From Octopus vulgaris (taxonomy: Eukaryota): a stretch of DNA of 64,000 nucleotides. Location: assembly GCA_951406725.2 (NCBI GenBank), contig OX597815.1:108004001-108068000 (forward strand), read 5' to 3'. The position numbers and the translations under genes are program-made. The notes under the pieces were generated by a model. It saw only the letters and a list, made by a program, of their open reading frames with translations. It ran no database searches and was not told the origin of the DNA. This document shows positions 27,060 to 40,572 of the stretch, piece after piece. How positions within the stretch are numbered: position 1 is the first letter of the stretch; the number at the start of each line of letters is the position of its first letter.

Positions 27060-27600
27060 GAATCAGAGTAAGGGGGGAATCTGGAAAGGAAGTAAAATAG
27101 GCATGATGCGTGATGCGGTGTCTGCATTGACCCTCAAGATATGAGGGGACAGGAGAACAGAAAGTGAAGGTGGGTAGAGATTGCAAGAGTGTATGGGAGA
27201 GTGAGAGATAGTTAGAGATAGGAAATAAGTAAGAGGATGAATATAATGAAGAACAAGCGCAGGGGGGAGATAGGGAAGGGGAAAGAATAAGTAACAACTG
27301 TAGAAAGTGGGTAGTATTGATGGGGTATGAGAGATGGTTAATGTATCATCAAGTTGGGGAAGAAAGGAAAGAGGAGATGACTGACAGGGCAGAAAGGAGA
27401 GGGTAGGTGGGTGAATAGCTGCAGAATAGTAATAATAGTGATACAGTGGATAAAGGAAGAAAGGGAGAGAATGGGTTAAAGGGTAAGAGAGATGATGTGG
27501 TTGGGTAGATTGGGAAATTATAGGGGATGTGGAGACACATGGTGCTGGTGTCTGAAGAGGCTGATTAATATAAAATTTGGGTGGAGAAGGCAATATTAAG
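27060..27600. repeat. Purine-rich low-complexity tract
   Basis: G/A-rich on the + strand with no periodic unit. Confidence 0.6.
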
Positions 27601-27819
27601 AATAAATGATGAATAGTAATGAAATGATTCCAGGTAGTAAGAGGACACGTGGCATCAGAGAAAAATTGTAATATACAGTTCTGCTTACATTTAATTACAG
27701 CAGCAAAATTGCACTGTCACAGATATGTTGGGTGTCTTGAGGAGAAAATTTGGGTAAATGAAGGTCAGTTGCATGTATTTATACACATCCTGCTTCCAGA
27801 ATCTCGTTTTCTCCAAGGT

Positions 27820-28510
27820 GGGAGGTTTTCTCAAGAACATCATATCACAAGTCATCTCTGTTAGATTCATGGTTCTGAGACCAGATTTCACCACTTCATT
27901 TCATATCTTCCAAGATCTCTCTCTTCTGCTAGCTCCATCCACATTAAGTGAGTGGCACTTCTTTATACAGCTGTTCTAATTCATATACATCACATGTCCA
28001 TATGTTGCAAACTAAATCGATTTCTCCTATACCCATATTTTCTTTCAATGCATTTGTACTTTACATTTCCTGTAGACTTACATTGCACATTAAACAAAGT
28101 GTGCTAGCTTCACTGTTTCCCCCAGTCCTCTCAAATCCTCTGCAGTCAAAGCCTATATCAAACTGCTATGCAACATTGCTGTTCTAACACAAGTGTCATA
28201 CAATCTGCTCTTCAATCTGAAGGAAAAAGCCTTCATTACTAGCAGTAAGGCCATTTTCTAGGCTTAGTTTCCATGCCTGGAATTTCCTCTCTAATTCTCA
28301 TATAGAGCCAACTATGCAAACTGAATCTTCAGCAAATAAAAGCTCCCATGGGCAGCCACCCTTAAATTCCCTCATGACAGCCTGTAGGACTATAATAAAT
28401 AGAAGAGGGTTGCCCACTGAACTTTGATGAACTCCTTCCATCATGTGAAATTCATTACTGAAAATATTGTCAACATTCAAATTACATGCTGCATCTTTGT
28501 ACCTATGAAC
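27820..28510 (-). mobile_element. RTE-clade LINE reverse transcriptase and ORF2 C-terminus remnant
   Basis: EGVHQSSVGNPLLFIIVLQAV..EFKGGCPWELLFAED (RT motifs, degraded YADD); downstream GHVM...CIKKCHSLNVDG...EVVKSGLRTMNLTEMT. Confidence 0.85.
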
Positions 28511-31084
28511 AAAAATGCAGTTTGTACAGCCTTCATGAGACATTCATCTACATATAGTTTCCTTTGTAACTACTAAATTATTGCGTGTAGTACCCTACAA
28601 AAAATCCTTCTCAAAATTAGTACACAGGTTACAAGACCTTCACACCTTATTCATCTACTCTTAGTTTTCTTAGTAACTTGCAGTCTACAAAGTGTGATAA
28701 CCTATCAATGTGTGCATGTATATGTGTGTATGTGTACGTGTGTGTGTGTGTGTGTTTGTATGTATGTGTACGCAAATGTCCCCCACCTCTCTCCCCCATC
28801 ATAATCTTCTTCTCTCTTTGTCTGTCACCCTCTCTCCCTCAACCTTACACCTACTTCATTCCTCAAACACATACAAAAACACCAGGGTGGGCAGTTGCCA
28901 CCTGAATGCTGACCAGAAGGACAAATTCTAAAAGCGGGTAATTTAATTACTTACAACATAACTGAGACTCCTAAAGCAGTTTAAGTGTTTTCAGATCTCC
29001 AGTAGAAAAAAATGCCCAAGCTATACATTTCTATTCAGCTATTTCTGATGTCTGTTAATTTACCTTTACACACTTGAATGTTTCTTAAAACATAACTGTG
29101 ATATATGTGCAGACATAAAATAAATATCCATATGAAAATAAAGACTGTGATGCCAAAGGTTCATCTGTAACATAAACAACCAAGAGTAAAGGAAGAGAGG
29201 TCTTATAATAGTACACATCTAATTGATTCTAATGTAGAATAATGTGTTTTTCATAAAAGAAAGGAAATACAACATAATAAGATGAATAACTGAAAATAAG
29301 TGTAATACATGTAAACTCACAATGTCTCTTGGAGAATAAATATGAATAAAATAATATTAAAAATGCTCTACTTTCTTTTTAAGTAGTTAAATATTATGAC
29401 AAATGAAATCTTCCAATATATAAAATGTTATATCTTTTTGCTATGCGAATGCTGATGTCATGATAGTGCTTGATGTATTAAAGAAAGCAATTATTAAAAT
29501 ATTAGTAGAAATGATATCTAAATATATAGGAAACTACATACTCTGAATGTACACATAATTGAATGGTGTCTCATTTAAATATTTATTCTAATATCTGTAC
29601 AAGGTAAACCATGATACTTCCAATATATTGAATTATTTAACTGTGCACATATTTTAATTTGCTTCATCTGAGATATCGAACATGACTGTGACAATAACAT
29701 TTACATATCAATAATATATGTAATTGCATATTGCACAAAATTTAATTTAATTTTCAACTCCTTCTTAACCAATTTGAACCTTTTTAATATTGATTTATTT
29801 ACATTTATTCACTGAGAAATGTTGTGAGTATTCATACATTACATTTGTTTTTCTCTTTTCTCACTTGTTCTGTTGTATTTCCCTTCTTTTACAAAATGCT
29901 CATAACTTGCTAATATAAATTACATGCACACACACACGAACACATCATAACAATTTCCTTTTTAAGAGCATGTGTGTTTGAAAAGGTTAAACGAATGTGT
30001 TCACACACTAGAAAAAACTTCTTCCCAAAAAAGGTTAGTACCATCCTGATAAAAAATTTCATAACATTTCTTTAAAAAATAATTTTAAAAAAATCACCTT
30101 TGCACTTCAAAAATTGTATTAAGTAATTCTCATAGACTTTCAAAAAAAAAAAAAAATATATATATATACACATGTATATGTAGGCATGTACATATATATA
30201 TATGCATATATTTATATATTAATTATATTATTATATGATTGAACGCCACGCATCCTTTTCCAAGTAAGTTTTATCTTAATGATTATGATGCGCACTCTTC
30301 TCCTTTACTATTTCTTCTCTGTCTATCTCTCTCCCTCTCTTGTTCTTCATCCTTTCTGGTTTTCTCTTCCACCCTTCCCTATTCTTCTCCTCTCCCTTTC
30401 ACCATTACCTCTCTCTTACTCCTCCTCTTCCTCGACTCTCTCGTCAATGACACATGATCAGAAGGGAAGCCATTTTTTCAACTGCAATCTTCACAAAGAC
30501 CTGTCAGCTTATCCTGACTCCTTCGTAAGCTGTCTCCTTAAGCATTCACAATAATTTTCCCATCGTCTTAGCTTAACAGCCCTCATCATTTGTTTTTACT
30601 GTTTTGTTACTTTTTTTATTGTTTTTACTGTTTTGTTCTTACTCTCCTGTTCTTGTTACCACTTTTACCCTCTGCAAAAAATCCCAAATTTTATTTAATT
30701 TGCTTTGCGGGAAGGACTGATTCAATGAAGTTGTGTCTTGTCCTTACTTTTGAAACGTGGAGTAGATGAAACATGGACAACTGAAGAAGGGGAATATTCC
30801 TTGTGTTGTATGTCTTGTACTCTGTTGTTTTTGTTGTTTGAAATAAATTAGTTTCTATGTTTTTGTTTTTGTTTTCGTTTCTCATTGTGTTCCACGTTTT
30901 TTTTATGTCCTTTACCCATATAGGCATGTATATATACATATATATGTATTGTAGGTATGTACATATATGTATGTATATATGCATATATTTATATATTAAT
31001 TATATTATTGCTCTCCATGCCTCAGTCAAACCGTGCAACTCATGCCAGCTTAGAAAACGAGCATTAAACAATGATAATGATGAG

Positions 31085-31235
31085 GTTTCTTTCAGCTTCC
31101 ATCTACCAAATCCACTTACAAGTCTTTGGTCAGCCTGAGGTTATAGTAGAAGACACTTGCCCAAGGTGTCACTCAGTGAGACTGAACCCAGAACCATGTG
31201 GTTGGGAAGCAAGTTTCTTACCACACAGCCATGCC
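31085..31235 (-). mobile_element. SINE family B, 5' part
   Basis: tRNA-like head plus CORE-like accttgggcaagtgtctt on the minus strand. Confidence 0.8.
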
Positions 31236-31554
31236 TATATGTGTATATACACACAAACATACATAAACATACATACATGTATGATGGACATCCACTTGTA
31301 AATGAATATGACTATCACTGATTAATTATCTCATCCTGTCATCCTAGATGTTAATGACAAGAGCTGTCAGCAATGTCAGTACTGGAATTTAAATTTAATG
31401 TCTGCTTGGACAACACTTCTATGATTCTCATATTCCCAAGTATATATGATTCCCAAGTATTCTAGGAGTGTAAGTAGTCTAGAAAGAAGTAGGAGCAAAA
31501 TTTCTGGCTTTGCTATGAGGTGAGAGATATTTTTGGAATATCCTTCTCATCCAG

Positions 31555-31815
31555 TTGGTGATGGTGCCATGTATAAAAAGCACCAGTGCTGATGCCACGT
31601 AAAAGGTACTGGTGCGAGTGCCACATAAAAAGCACCCAGTACAACCTGTAAAGTGGTTGGTCTTAGGAATGGCATCCAGCCATAGTCTTAGGAATGATAT
31701 TCAGCAGTAGAAACCATGCCAAAACAGACACTGGAGCCTGGTAAGGCACTTGGCCTTGCCAACTGCTGTCAAACTGTCTGACCAATGCCAGCATGGAAAA
31801 CAGATGTTAAATGAT
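31555..31815 (+). mobile_element. Family A RTE-tail repeat
   Basis: ggtgccacataaaaagcacc modules plus body. Confidence 0.75.
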
Positions 31816-32419
31816 ATAATTCATGGTGAGATTACTATCAAACCATTCTCTCTGATCATGAATTTCCCTAATGAATACCCGTTTTAACTAGATTTAATTG
31901 GATTTCCCCTCCCTTTCTAGACATAATGAACTACAACAACTATCACTGAGGAACTTATTTCCATTGCAACATATATTTAACCTATCTGTCTCCAATGACA
32001 GAATACTCATCATACAGAATCTTTGCTCGGCATGATGTTTCAACAGCTGGGATATTCTAGAAACAGCTGTCAGAGACTATCTAAACCTTTTATTATATAG
32101 CTAAATTAAATGTCCTTGTCAAGTCTTGCCAAACTGTTTGCCTTTTCTTTTCTGCTTTAATCTATACCTACTGACTCAATGGAAAGCCACTTCAGCCACT
32201 TTAGAAAGGGCAATCACAAAATCACATCTTTAATTGCAATTCAAACTGGGATTTTAATGACATACCACTAAAATAGGTATTGAGTGCATACCTATTAGTT
32301 TGAGCCACTCTGATGAAAACTCCTCATCTTTTATATAAACATATATTCCCCCCATACACACATACATATACACATAAATATATATATGCATGTATGTATG
32401 TATACGTAAAAATAAGTGG

Positions 32420-32570
32420 CATTTAAAATTACATCATAATATATAATATACCATCATCAGGTACAATTTTAAACAGGTAAGATTTTAAACTACCTACCTA
32501 ATCAACAATCTTACCTGTTTAAAATTTTACCTGATGATGGTGGATTACATATTATGATGTAATCTTTTAT
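32420..32570. repeat. Fold-back containing CTGATGA
   Basis: attacatcataat...ccatcatcaggta-aattttaaacaggtaagatt / aatcttacctgtttaaaatt-tacctgatgatgg...attatgatgtaat. Confidence 0.75.
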
Positions 32571-32829
32571 GACTGCATTAAATAAATAAAATTCTACAGA
32601 AACATCTATTGTGAATTTGAAACACTGTGTTTACTTTTATACCTGTGCCGACCCATGAATCAGATCTGTTGTTTAAATTGGAGTTGGTACTTGTATATCT
32701 ACAATGTTCTGCAACACTTGATGAATTCGATGATGTTTCTTTGACTGTGAACTCTATGCTATCATACTTAGTCATTTCTGGTGTCCTACAAGCCGATGTT
32801 CCTTGATTCTTCTGAATCCATAATATTGT

Positions 32830-33482
32830 ATCAAGAGGTGCCAATCTCTAATTGTAGAGGGAACATGTGGAAAGGGTAGACCCAAGAAGACATGGCATGA
32901 AGTGGTGAGAAAGGCTCTACAGACGTTGGGATTCAAAGAGGGGATGACATAGGACAAAGTGGTGAGAAAGGATCTACAGATGTTGGGACTCACAGAGGGG
33001 ATGACATGGGACGAAGTGGTGAGAAAGGATCTACAAATGTTGGGACTCACAGAGAGGATGAAATGGGACAAAGTGATGAGAAAGGATCTACAAATGTTGG
33101 GACTCACAGAGGGGATGGCAGGGGACTGAGATTCCTGGCAGTGTGCTCTGCTTGAAAAGACACATCAAACTAAGTAAAAGCATGGTTGCCCTTGCATATA
33201 GGCTCGTCCACTCCAGCCCTCTCCATCTGAGCAACCTTAATTTTGCGGGCTAGTGGGTGCTGGTGCCACATAAAAATCACCTGTGCTGATGCTGTGTAAA
33301 AGCACTCAGTACATTCTGTAAAGTGGTTTGTGTCAGGAAAGGCATCCATCCATAGAAACCATGTCAAAATAGACATGGAGCCTGAACAGCACTTTTTGCC
33401 GGCTAGTTCGTCAAGCTGTCCAATCCATGCAAGCATGGAAAATGGACATTAAATGATGATGATGAGGATGAAGGTGATGATG
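32830..33482 (+). mobile_element. RTE-LINE 3' end with a 4x57-bp tandem in the ORF2 tail
   Basis: KRCQSLIVEGTCGKGRPKKTWHEVVRKALQTLG..., then family A UTR and (GAT)n; links family A to RTE. Confidence 0.88.
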
Positions 33483-33485
33483 GCA

Positions 33486-33564
<79 letters not shown>

Positions 33565-33565
<1 letters not shown>

Positions 33566-34027
33566 CACCATTTGAGCATGGCCGTTTCCAATACCGTCTG
33601 ACTGGCCCTTGTGTCGGTGCCACATAAAATCACCCACTTGTGAAGACCTGTTGAGGCAAGTGAAAATCAAAATCAAAATCGAAATCGAAATTGATCAACA
33701 TCAATGGAAATTGCAGCTGTGGTACGTAAGAAAGCCATCTGAACATGGCCGTTGCCAGTGCCGCTCCGACTGACCTCGTGCCGGTGACACGTAAAATGCA
33801 CCATCCGATCATGGCCGTTGCCAGCCTCATCTGGCACCTGTGCTGGTGGCACGTAAAATCACCCACTACACTCACGGAGTGGTTGGCGTTAGGAAGGGCA
33901 TCCAACCGTAGAAACATTGCCAGATCAGATTGGGCCTGGTGCAGCCTTCTAGCTTCCCAGACCCCAGTTGAACCGTCCAACCCATGCTAGCATGGAAAGC
34001 AGACGTTAAACGATGATGATGATGATA
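33565..34027 (+). mobile_element. Family A RTE-tail repeat, young
   Basis: CpG-retaining, consensus-like body. Confidence 0.85.
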
Positions 34028-34291
34028 TATATATATAAAACAGGAAATGAAGAAATATTGATGAACAACAATTGACTTACATCAATATTTCTCCATTTTC
34101 TGTCTTCTTTAAATTTTGCTTCTTGATAAACTCATGTTAATCCTTGTCTTTACTTAAATTTCATGAGCATAATATACTTGCATATGTATGCCCATGGTTA
34201 AACATAGGTAATATACCGGGAGTGAAATGGATACTCCTATCCCTTAGCCATTTATTTTAACCGCTAACTCAGCTAACCAATATACATATTT

Positions 34292-34763
<472 letters not shown>

Positions 34764-34777
34764 AATATATATATATA

Positions 34778-35410
34778 CTCTTTTACTTGTTTCAGTCATT
34801 TCATTGTGGCCATGCTGGAGCACTGCCTTTAGTCCAGCAAATCAACCCCAGGACTTATTCTTTATAAGCCTAGTACTTATTCTATCGGTCTCTTTTGCCG
34901 AACTGCTAAGTTACGGGGACGTAAACACACAAGCATCAGTTGTCAAGCGATGTTGGGGGGACAAACACAGATACACATACATATACACACACACATACCT
35001 ATATATACAACGGGCTTTGCCTTTCATCCTTTCGGGGTCGATAAACCCGGGCGAAATGCGTAGCTGTATTTCGTCTGTCGTTACGTTCTGAGTTCAAATT
35101 CCGCCGAGGTCGACTTTGCCTTTCATCCTTTCGGGGTCGATAAATTAAGGACCAGTTACGCACTGGGGTCGATATAATCGACTCAATCCGTTTGTCTGTC
35201 CTTGTTTGTCCCCTCTATGTTTAGCCCCTTGTGGGTAATAACGAAACGTATATATACAACGGGCTTCTTTCAGTTTCTGTCAGCCAAATCAACTCACAAG
35301 GCTTTGGTCGGCCCGAGGCTATAGTAGAAGACACTTGCCCAAGGTGCCATGCAGTGTGACTGAACCCGAACCATGTGGTTGGCAAGCAAGCTACTTACCA
35401 CACAGCCACA
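34778..35410 (-). mobile_element. Full SINE family B (tRNA head plus CORE-like domain), interrupted by a family C SINE
   Basis: Head gtggctgtgtggtaagtagc...ggttcgggttcagtc...accttgggcaagtgtctt; tail ...gactgaaacaagtaaaagag. Confidence 0.9.
35018..35248 (+). mobile_element. SINE family C nested in SINE B
   Basis: 18-bp TSD tatatatacaacgggctt at 35000-35017 and 35249-35266. Confidence 0.9.
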
Positions 35411-35444
35411 AGAGTACATATACACACATATATAAAGCAAGTTT

Positions 35445-35790
35445 CATCATCATCGTTTAATGTCTGTTTTCCATGCTGGCATGGGTTGGATAGTTCGACT
35501 GGGGTCTGGGAAGGCAGGAGGCTGCACCAGGCCCCAATCTGATCTGGCAGTGTTTCTACAGCTTGATGCCCTTCCTAACACAAACCAATCCAAGAGTGTA
35601 GTGAGTGCTTTTACATGCCACTGGCACAAGGAGCCAGAGGAGCTGGCATCCACCATGATCGGATGGTGCATTTTACGTGCCACTGGCATGGAAGCCAGTC
35701 AAGGCAGCACTGGCATTGGCCCCATTAGGATGGTACTTTTAACGTGCTACTGGCACGGGACTCGCAACTACAATTTCCATTTCATTTGTA
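35445..35790 (-). mobile_element. Family A RTE-tail repeat
   Basis: Reverse-complement body. Confidence 0.85.
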
Positions 35791-36609
35791 GATAAATTTT
35801 GATTGTTATATGATATAGCTTGAACATGTTTCATTTACAAAAATATCGGTTATAAAAGGAAATTCTTTATAAACAGAGGGCATCATCAAATTGTTATGGT
35901 TTTCGGATACCATAACAGGGACCATATTTCTTTATATAACTTATGCAATCCCTAATGATTTGATGATACTTTTGTAGAGAAGGTATTTCCTTATATAACA
36001 GATATTACGGTTAATAAAATGCATTGAAGATGTGTTGAATAAACATAGAATAATTTATGTCCACACTTATTTTACATTTGTAATCAGTGTTCAAAATATT
36101 TGAATACTGCTGCAGAAAGGAATATGGAATAACAATGAATTTGCTCCTCACATATGGATCTTTTGAAGTACAACCAAACATGTATTCTAAATATTGGCTA
36201 CATGCTGTGATCATTGGTTGTATTTGTGTGTGTGTTTGTGTGAGTGAGTGAGTGAGTGTGTGTGTGTGTGTGTGTTTGTGTGTATGTGTTTGTGTGTGTG
36301 TGTGTGTGTGTTTGTGTGTGTGTTTGTGTTTGTGTGTGTTTATGTGTGTGCATGTGTTTGCATATGCATAATAGAGTGTATATTCCCCTTCATCTTGGCA
36401 TGTTTGTCCTGACTGTAAACAAAAGCCTTACTGTTCATACTGAACACTGTAGTTTGTTTACAGTTGCACAAAGATGTTCAGCTGATTGTTGATCAATAGC
36501 CAGGGGAAGTATTGCTTTCCATGAAAAACAGGTAAGGGTTGGCATCTGGAAGGAAATCTGGCCATAGAAAATTCTGCCTTGATGAAGCATGGAAAAAAAT
36601 AGATGCTAA

Positions 36610-36614
36610 AACAG

Positions 36615-36652
<38 letters not shown>

Positions 36653-37320
36653 GTAGTGGTTGTGATGATGGTGAGGATGATGATAATGGTGATGATGATG
36701 ACAAGGATGATAATAACGATGATGATGACAGTGGTGATGATGATGATGATGATAATGATGATGATGATGATGATGATGACGGCAATAATGACGACAATGA
36801 TGATAATGATGATGACAATGACAACATTAATGACAATGGTGACAATGAAGATGATGACGGTGATGATGATGATGATGATGACGATGATGATGATGATGAT
36901 GATGATGACAACAATAATGACAATGGTGAAGATGAAGATGATGATGGTGGTGATAGTGATGATTATGATGATGAGGATGATGGTTGTGATGGTGGTGAGG
37001 ATGATGATAATGATGATGACAAGGATGATGATGACAGTGGTGAGGATGATGAGGATAATAATGAAAACAGTAATGACAATAGTAAGGATGAAGATCATGA
37101 CAGTGATGATGATGATGATGATGATAGCAATGACGACGACGATGATGATGATCATAATGATGACGATGATGACAATGACAACAATAATGACAATGGGGAG
37201 GATGAAGATGATGACAATGATGATGATGACAATGATGATGATGATGATGATGGCAATGGTGATGATAACAACAATGAGGATGACAACAATGATGAAGATG
37301 ATAATGATGATGACGATGTA
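36610..37320. repeat. ~710-bp degenerate (GAT)n expansion forming the tail of a family A element
   Basis: Follows agcatggaaaaaaatagatgctaaa; in-phase GAT/GAC/AAT/GGT triplets. Confidence 0.9.
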
Positions 37321-37902
37321 TGACTATAAGTTATCTAACTCTATTGAAGATATTTTCATGCAACATGAGATCTCAAAGTATGGAGTCTCATGCAGATAAT
37401 TATTTAGATATTTGAACATACAATTGAGCTGTTTCCACTATATTTAGATGATTCCCCTCGCAATATATTGAGTAGTATCATTGCACTACAGTTCAAATAT
37501 TGGCAAGATATAGAATTATATGTATTAAAAGATCTAATCTAATATTCAGTCACTTCTTGACAAAATAAAGAAATTTTTATCTTAATTCATTTACATTTAT
37601 TATTTGAGAGGTGTTGTGAGTGTGCATATATTAACTTGTTTCTGGCCTTTCTGCTTGTTCTGTTACATTACCTTTCTGTGACGAAAACCACACAAAAGTT
37701 TGCTATTTATAAATTAAATATGCATCATCATAAGACTTTTCTTCCACTGAACATTGTTTATGAAACTCTTGAAGTTTTGACATCTGAAAGCCTTGTATGG
37801 ACATTTATTTCAATTTCTGCACACATGAAATGTGTTGTTCCTTCAATATTTAAATGTGCAACTGCATGCAGATGTACACACATGCACGTCATGTATATTA
37901 TG

Positions 37903-37933
<31 letters not shown>

Positions 37934-38095
37934 GATATTATATATATTAACAGTTTGGCAAAAGACACTGATAGAATAAGTACCAGGCTTGAAAAAAGTA
38001 AATAACAGGCCAATTTATTCAGCAAAAAATTCTTCAAGGCAGTACCCTAACATGGCAACAGTCTAATGACAGAAACAAATGAAAGATAAATGTCA

Positions 38096-38135
<40 letters not shown>

Positions 38136-38264
38136 AAAGCATGATTTCTTTGTGACCAGAGGCTTTCATAAACTGAGGTACTACTGTATTAAATGTATAT
38201 GAGAAAGACAGGAGATAAAGCATGATTTAATCATGTTCAGAGTTGTTTGAAAACCGAGGTACTA

Positions 38265-38299
<35 letters not shown>

Positions 38300-38437
38300 A
38301 GATAACTTATATATGTTTTGACCAAAGATTGGTCCAGGCCATGTCTAACTTTATAGTACCACGTGATATATATATATATACCATGCCCTTGCATTGTTGC
38401 TTTTTCTTATTTGTTTGGATTCACTATATATATATAT

Positions 38438-38576
38438 TCTGTAGAATAATATGTGACAATTATTCAATAGTCAAGATAAAACTCTGAGTTTCGGATGCCG
38501 AAGTGGAAAGCCACATATATATTAAATCAGAGTTTTATCTTGACTATTGAATAATTGTCACATATTATTCTACAGA
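38438..38576. repeat. Perfect 50-bp inverted repeat with 39-bp spacer
   Basis: 38438-38487 is the exact reverse complement of 38527-38576. Confidence 0.92.
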
Positions 38577-38679
38577 TAAATTTCCTCTATTTACATAATA
38601 TTGAGGTCTCTTTCTTTCTTTTTTTATCTTACTATTTTTACCAATATATATATATATATTACATAATTTTAATCGTGCA

Positions 38680-38992
38680 GACGCACCATCTGAATCGTGG
38701 CCGAAGCCAGTGCCGCCTCGACTGGCTTCCATGCAGGTGGCACGTAAAATGCACCAATCCGACCGTGGCTGATGCCAGCCTCGCCTGGCACCAGTGCAGG
38801 TGGCACGTAAAAAGCACCCACTACACTCATGGAGTGGTTGGCGTTAGGAAGGGCATCCAGCTGTAGAAACATTGCCAGATAAGACCGGAGCCTGGTGCAG
38901 CCTTCTGGCTTCCCAGATCCCCGGTCGAACCGTCCAACCCATGCTAGCATGGAGAACGGACGTTAAACGATGATGATGATGATGATGATGAT
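38680..38992 (+). mobile_element. Family A RTE-tail repeat, young
   Basis: Consensus-like with (GAT)n tail. Confidence 0.88.
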
Positions 38993-39121
38993 ATGTATAT
39001 ATATATATATATATATATAATTTAAAATGAGGGTGAGAAATTAGATATTAATTTAATTAACATCGATTTCACATCAGTGGTCTAGCATATAAAAAAACTG
39101 AAGGTTCAATAAAATTGTATT

Positions 39122-39600
39122 ATATACATATTAGAGGGAACCACTGTGTGGAATCCCTTATGCTAGAAATAGAACCGCTATGGTCTTACCACTAAGAAAT
39201 GTTCTCAAGAAAAATTTAGCAAAACAACCAAACTGTAATCGAGCAAGACAAAAGAAAAGCAGTAAACATATGGATTATTCACATACATGTTTCACTATCA
39301 CCATATTACATAATTTCAATCGTGCAGACGTCCTAGTATGGAGTCCTGCAAATTATATTCATTTGGACGGTCACATCGAAGATCTACGGACATTTTACAT
39401 AAGTAAAATTACGTAATATGGTGATAGTGAAACATGTATGTGAATAATACATATTTTTATTGCTTTTCTTTTGTCTTGCTCGATTACATTGTGATTGTTT
39501 TGCTAAATTTTTCTTGAGAACATTTCTTAGTGGTAAGACCATAGTAGATCTATTTCTAGCATAAGGGTGTCCACATATTGGTTTCCCTCTAATATGTATA
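39122..39600. repeat. ~195-bp inverted repeat with an HHR-like motif at the spacer/arm junction
   Basis: Arms 39122-39316 and 39406-39600; TCACA-TCGAAGA-TCTA...TAGT-GAAA-CATG-TA-TGTGA at 39371-39443. Confidence 0.85.
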
Positions 39601-39674
39601 TATATATATATATGTGTGTGTATATATACACACACACATATATATGTGTGTATATATATGTGTGTGTGTGTATA

Positions 39675-39725
<51 letters not shown>

Positions 39726-39732
<7 letters not shown>

Positions 39733-40015
39733 AAAAAGGAAATGAAGAAAATGCTGACAAAATAATTTAAGTAATTTAAGTAATTTAATTAGGTGAAAGT
39801 TCTTTACTGGTTGCGCATTTGTTATGCTTATTAAAAGATTAGAGTTCCTTTCTGATAGATTTTTGATAAGAGGAAAAAATCTATCAGAAAGGAACTCTAA
39901 TCTTTTGATAAGCATAACAAATGCGCAACCGGTAAAAAGAACTTTCACCTAATTAAATTACTTAAATTACTTAAATTATTTTGTCAGCATTTTCTTCATT
40001 TCCTTTTTTATATAT
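39726..40015. repeat. Near-perfect palindrome, ~140-bp arms with ~10-nt loop
   Basis: Centre tagattttt-gataagagga-aaaaatcta; each arm carries an HHR-shaped motif. Confidence 0.92.
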
Positions 40016-40043
40016 CACAACTCGTGTTCCACATCTCCTTTTT

Positions 40044-40069
<26 letters not shown>

Positions 40070-40082
<13 letters not shown>

Positions 40083-40254
40083 TTAGAGACAAAACCACTA
40101 TTTTGCAAATCAAACAAAGAAAGACTTAATCCAATACATAAAAAAATTTAATATAAATTAAATAAAATAAAATAAAATTTTTTTATGTATCGGATTAAGT
40201 CTTTCTTTGTTTGATTTGCAAAATAGTGGTTTTGTCTCTAATTAATATTATATA
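40070..40254. repeat. ~80-bp inverted repeat
   Basis: attagagacaaaaccactattttgcaaatc.../...gatttgcaaaatagtggttttgtctctaat; the arm is homologous to 19965-20040, downstream of the 19902 HHR. Confidence 0.88.
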
Positions 40255-40350
40255 ATATTTTGCTATAAAATTGGATTCAATCCTAAATCTGATTTTTCTC
40301 TGTAAATTTGGATTTATTCCCTAATATTTATTATTATATATATATATATA

Positions 40351-40572
40351 TATAACTATTCAAATTATAAATAAGGGTATCCAAGAGATACCACCATGCT
40401 TGAAATAGCAGTCAAAACCTGACTCTAAAACCACATCAAGTATTCAATACAGTACCTTTTCAACATGTGCTATATTGAATACTTGTTGTGGTTTTAGAGT
40501 CAGGTTTTCACTGCTATTTGAAGCATGGTGGTATCTCTTGGATACCCTTATTTATAATTTTAATAATTATTA
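40351..40572. repeat. ~105-bp inverted repeat
   Basis: aattataaataagggtatccaagagataccaccatgctt.../...aagcatggtggtatctcttggatacccttatttataatt. Confidence 0.88.

Noticed and set aside
27063-27593. 176-aa Pro/Ser/Leu-rich ORF
   Set aside because: Antisense of a purine-rich low-complexity tract, with no domain motif
30740-30805. GAAACGT ... CTGAAGA as another permuted HHR
   Set aside because: I could not identify consistent stems by eye, so it is left uncalled
32893-33125. 57-bp array as CRISPR or a repeat protein on the minus strand
   Set aside because: Contiguous tandem units without spacers; the + strand is RTE ORF2
35340-35410. tRNA genes at SINE heads (also 25380-25447 and 52290-52361)
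   Set aside because: A/B-box-like motifs continue into SINE bodies and I could not fold a complete cloverleaf
36539-37399. 286-aa Met-rich ORF and antisense Ile/Ser-rich ORFs as genes
   Set aside because: They are translations of a (GAT)n retroelement tail and start inside a family A repeat
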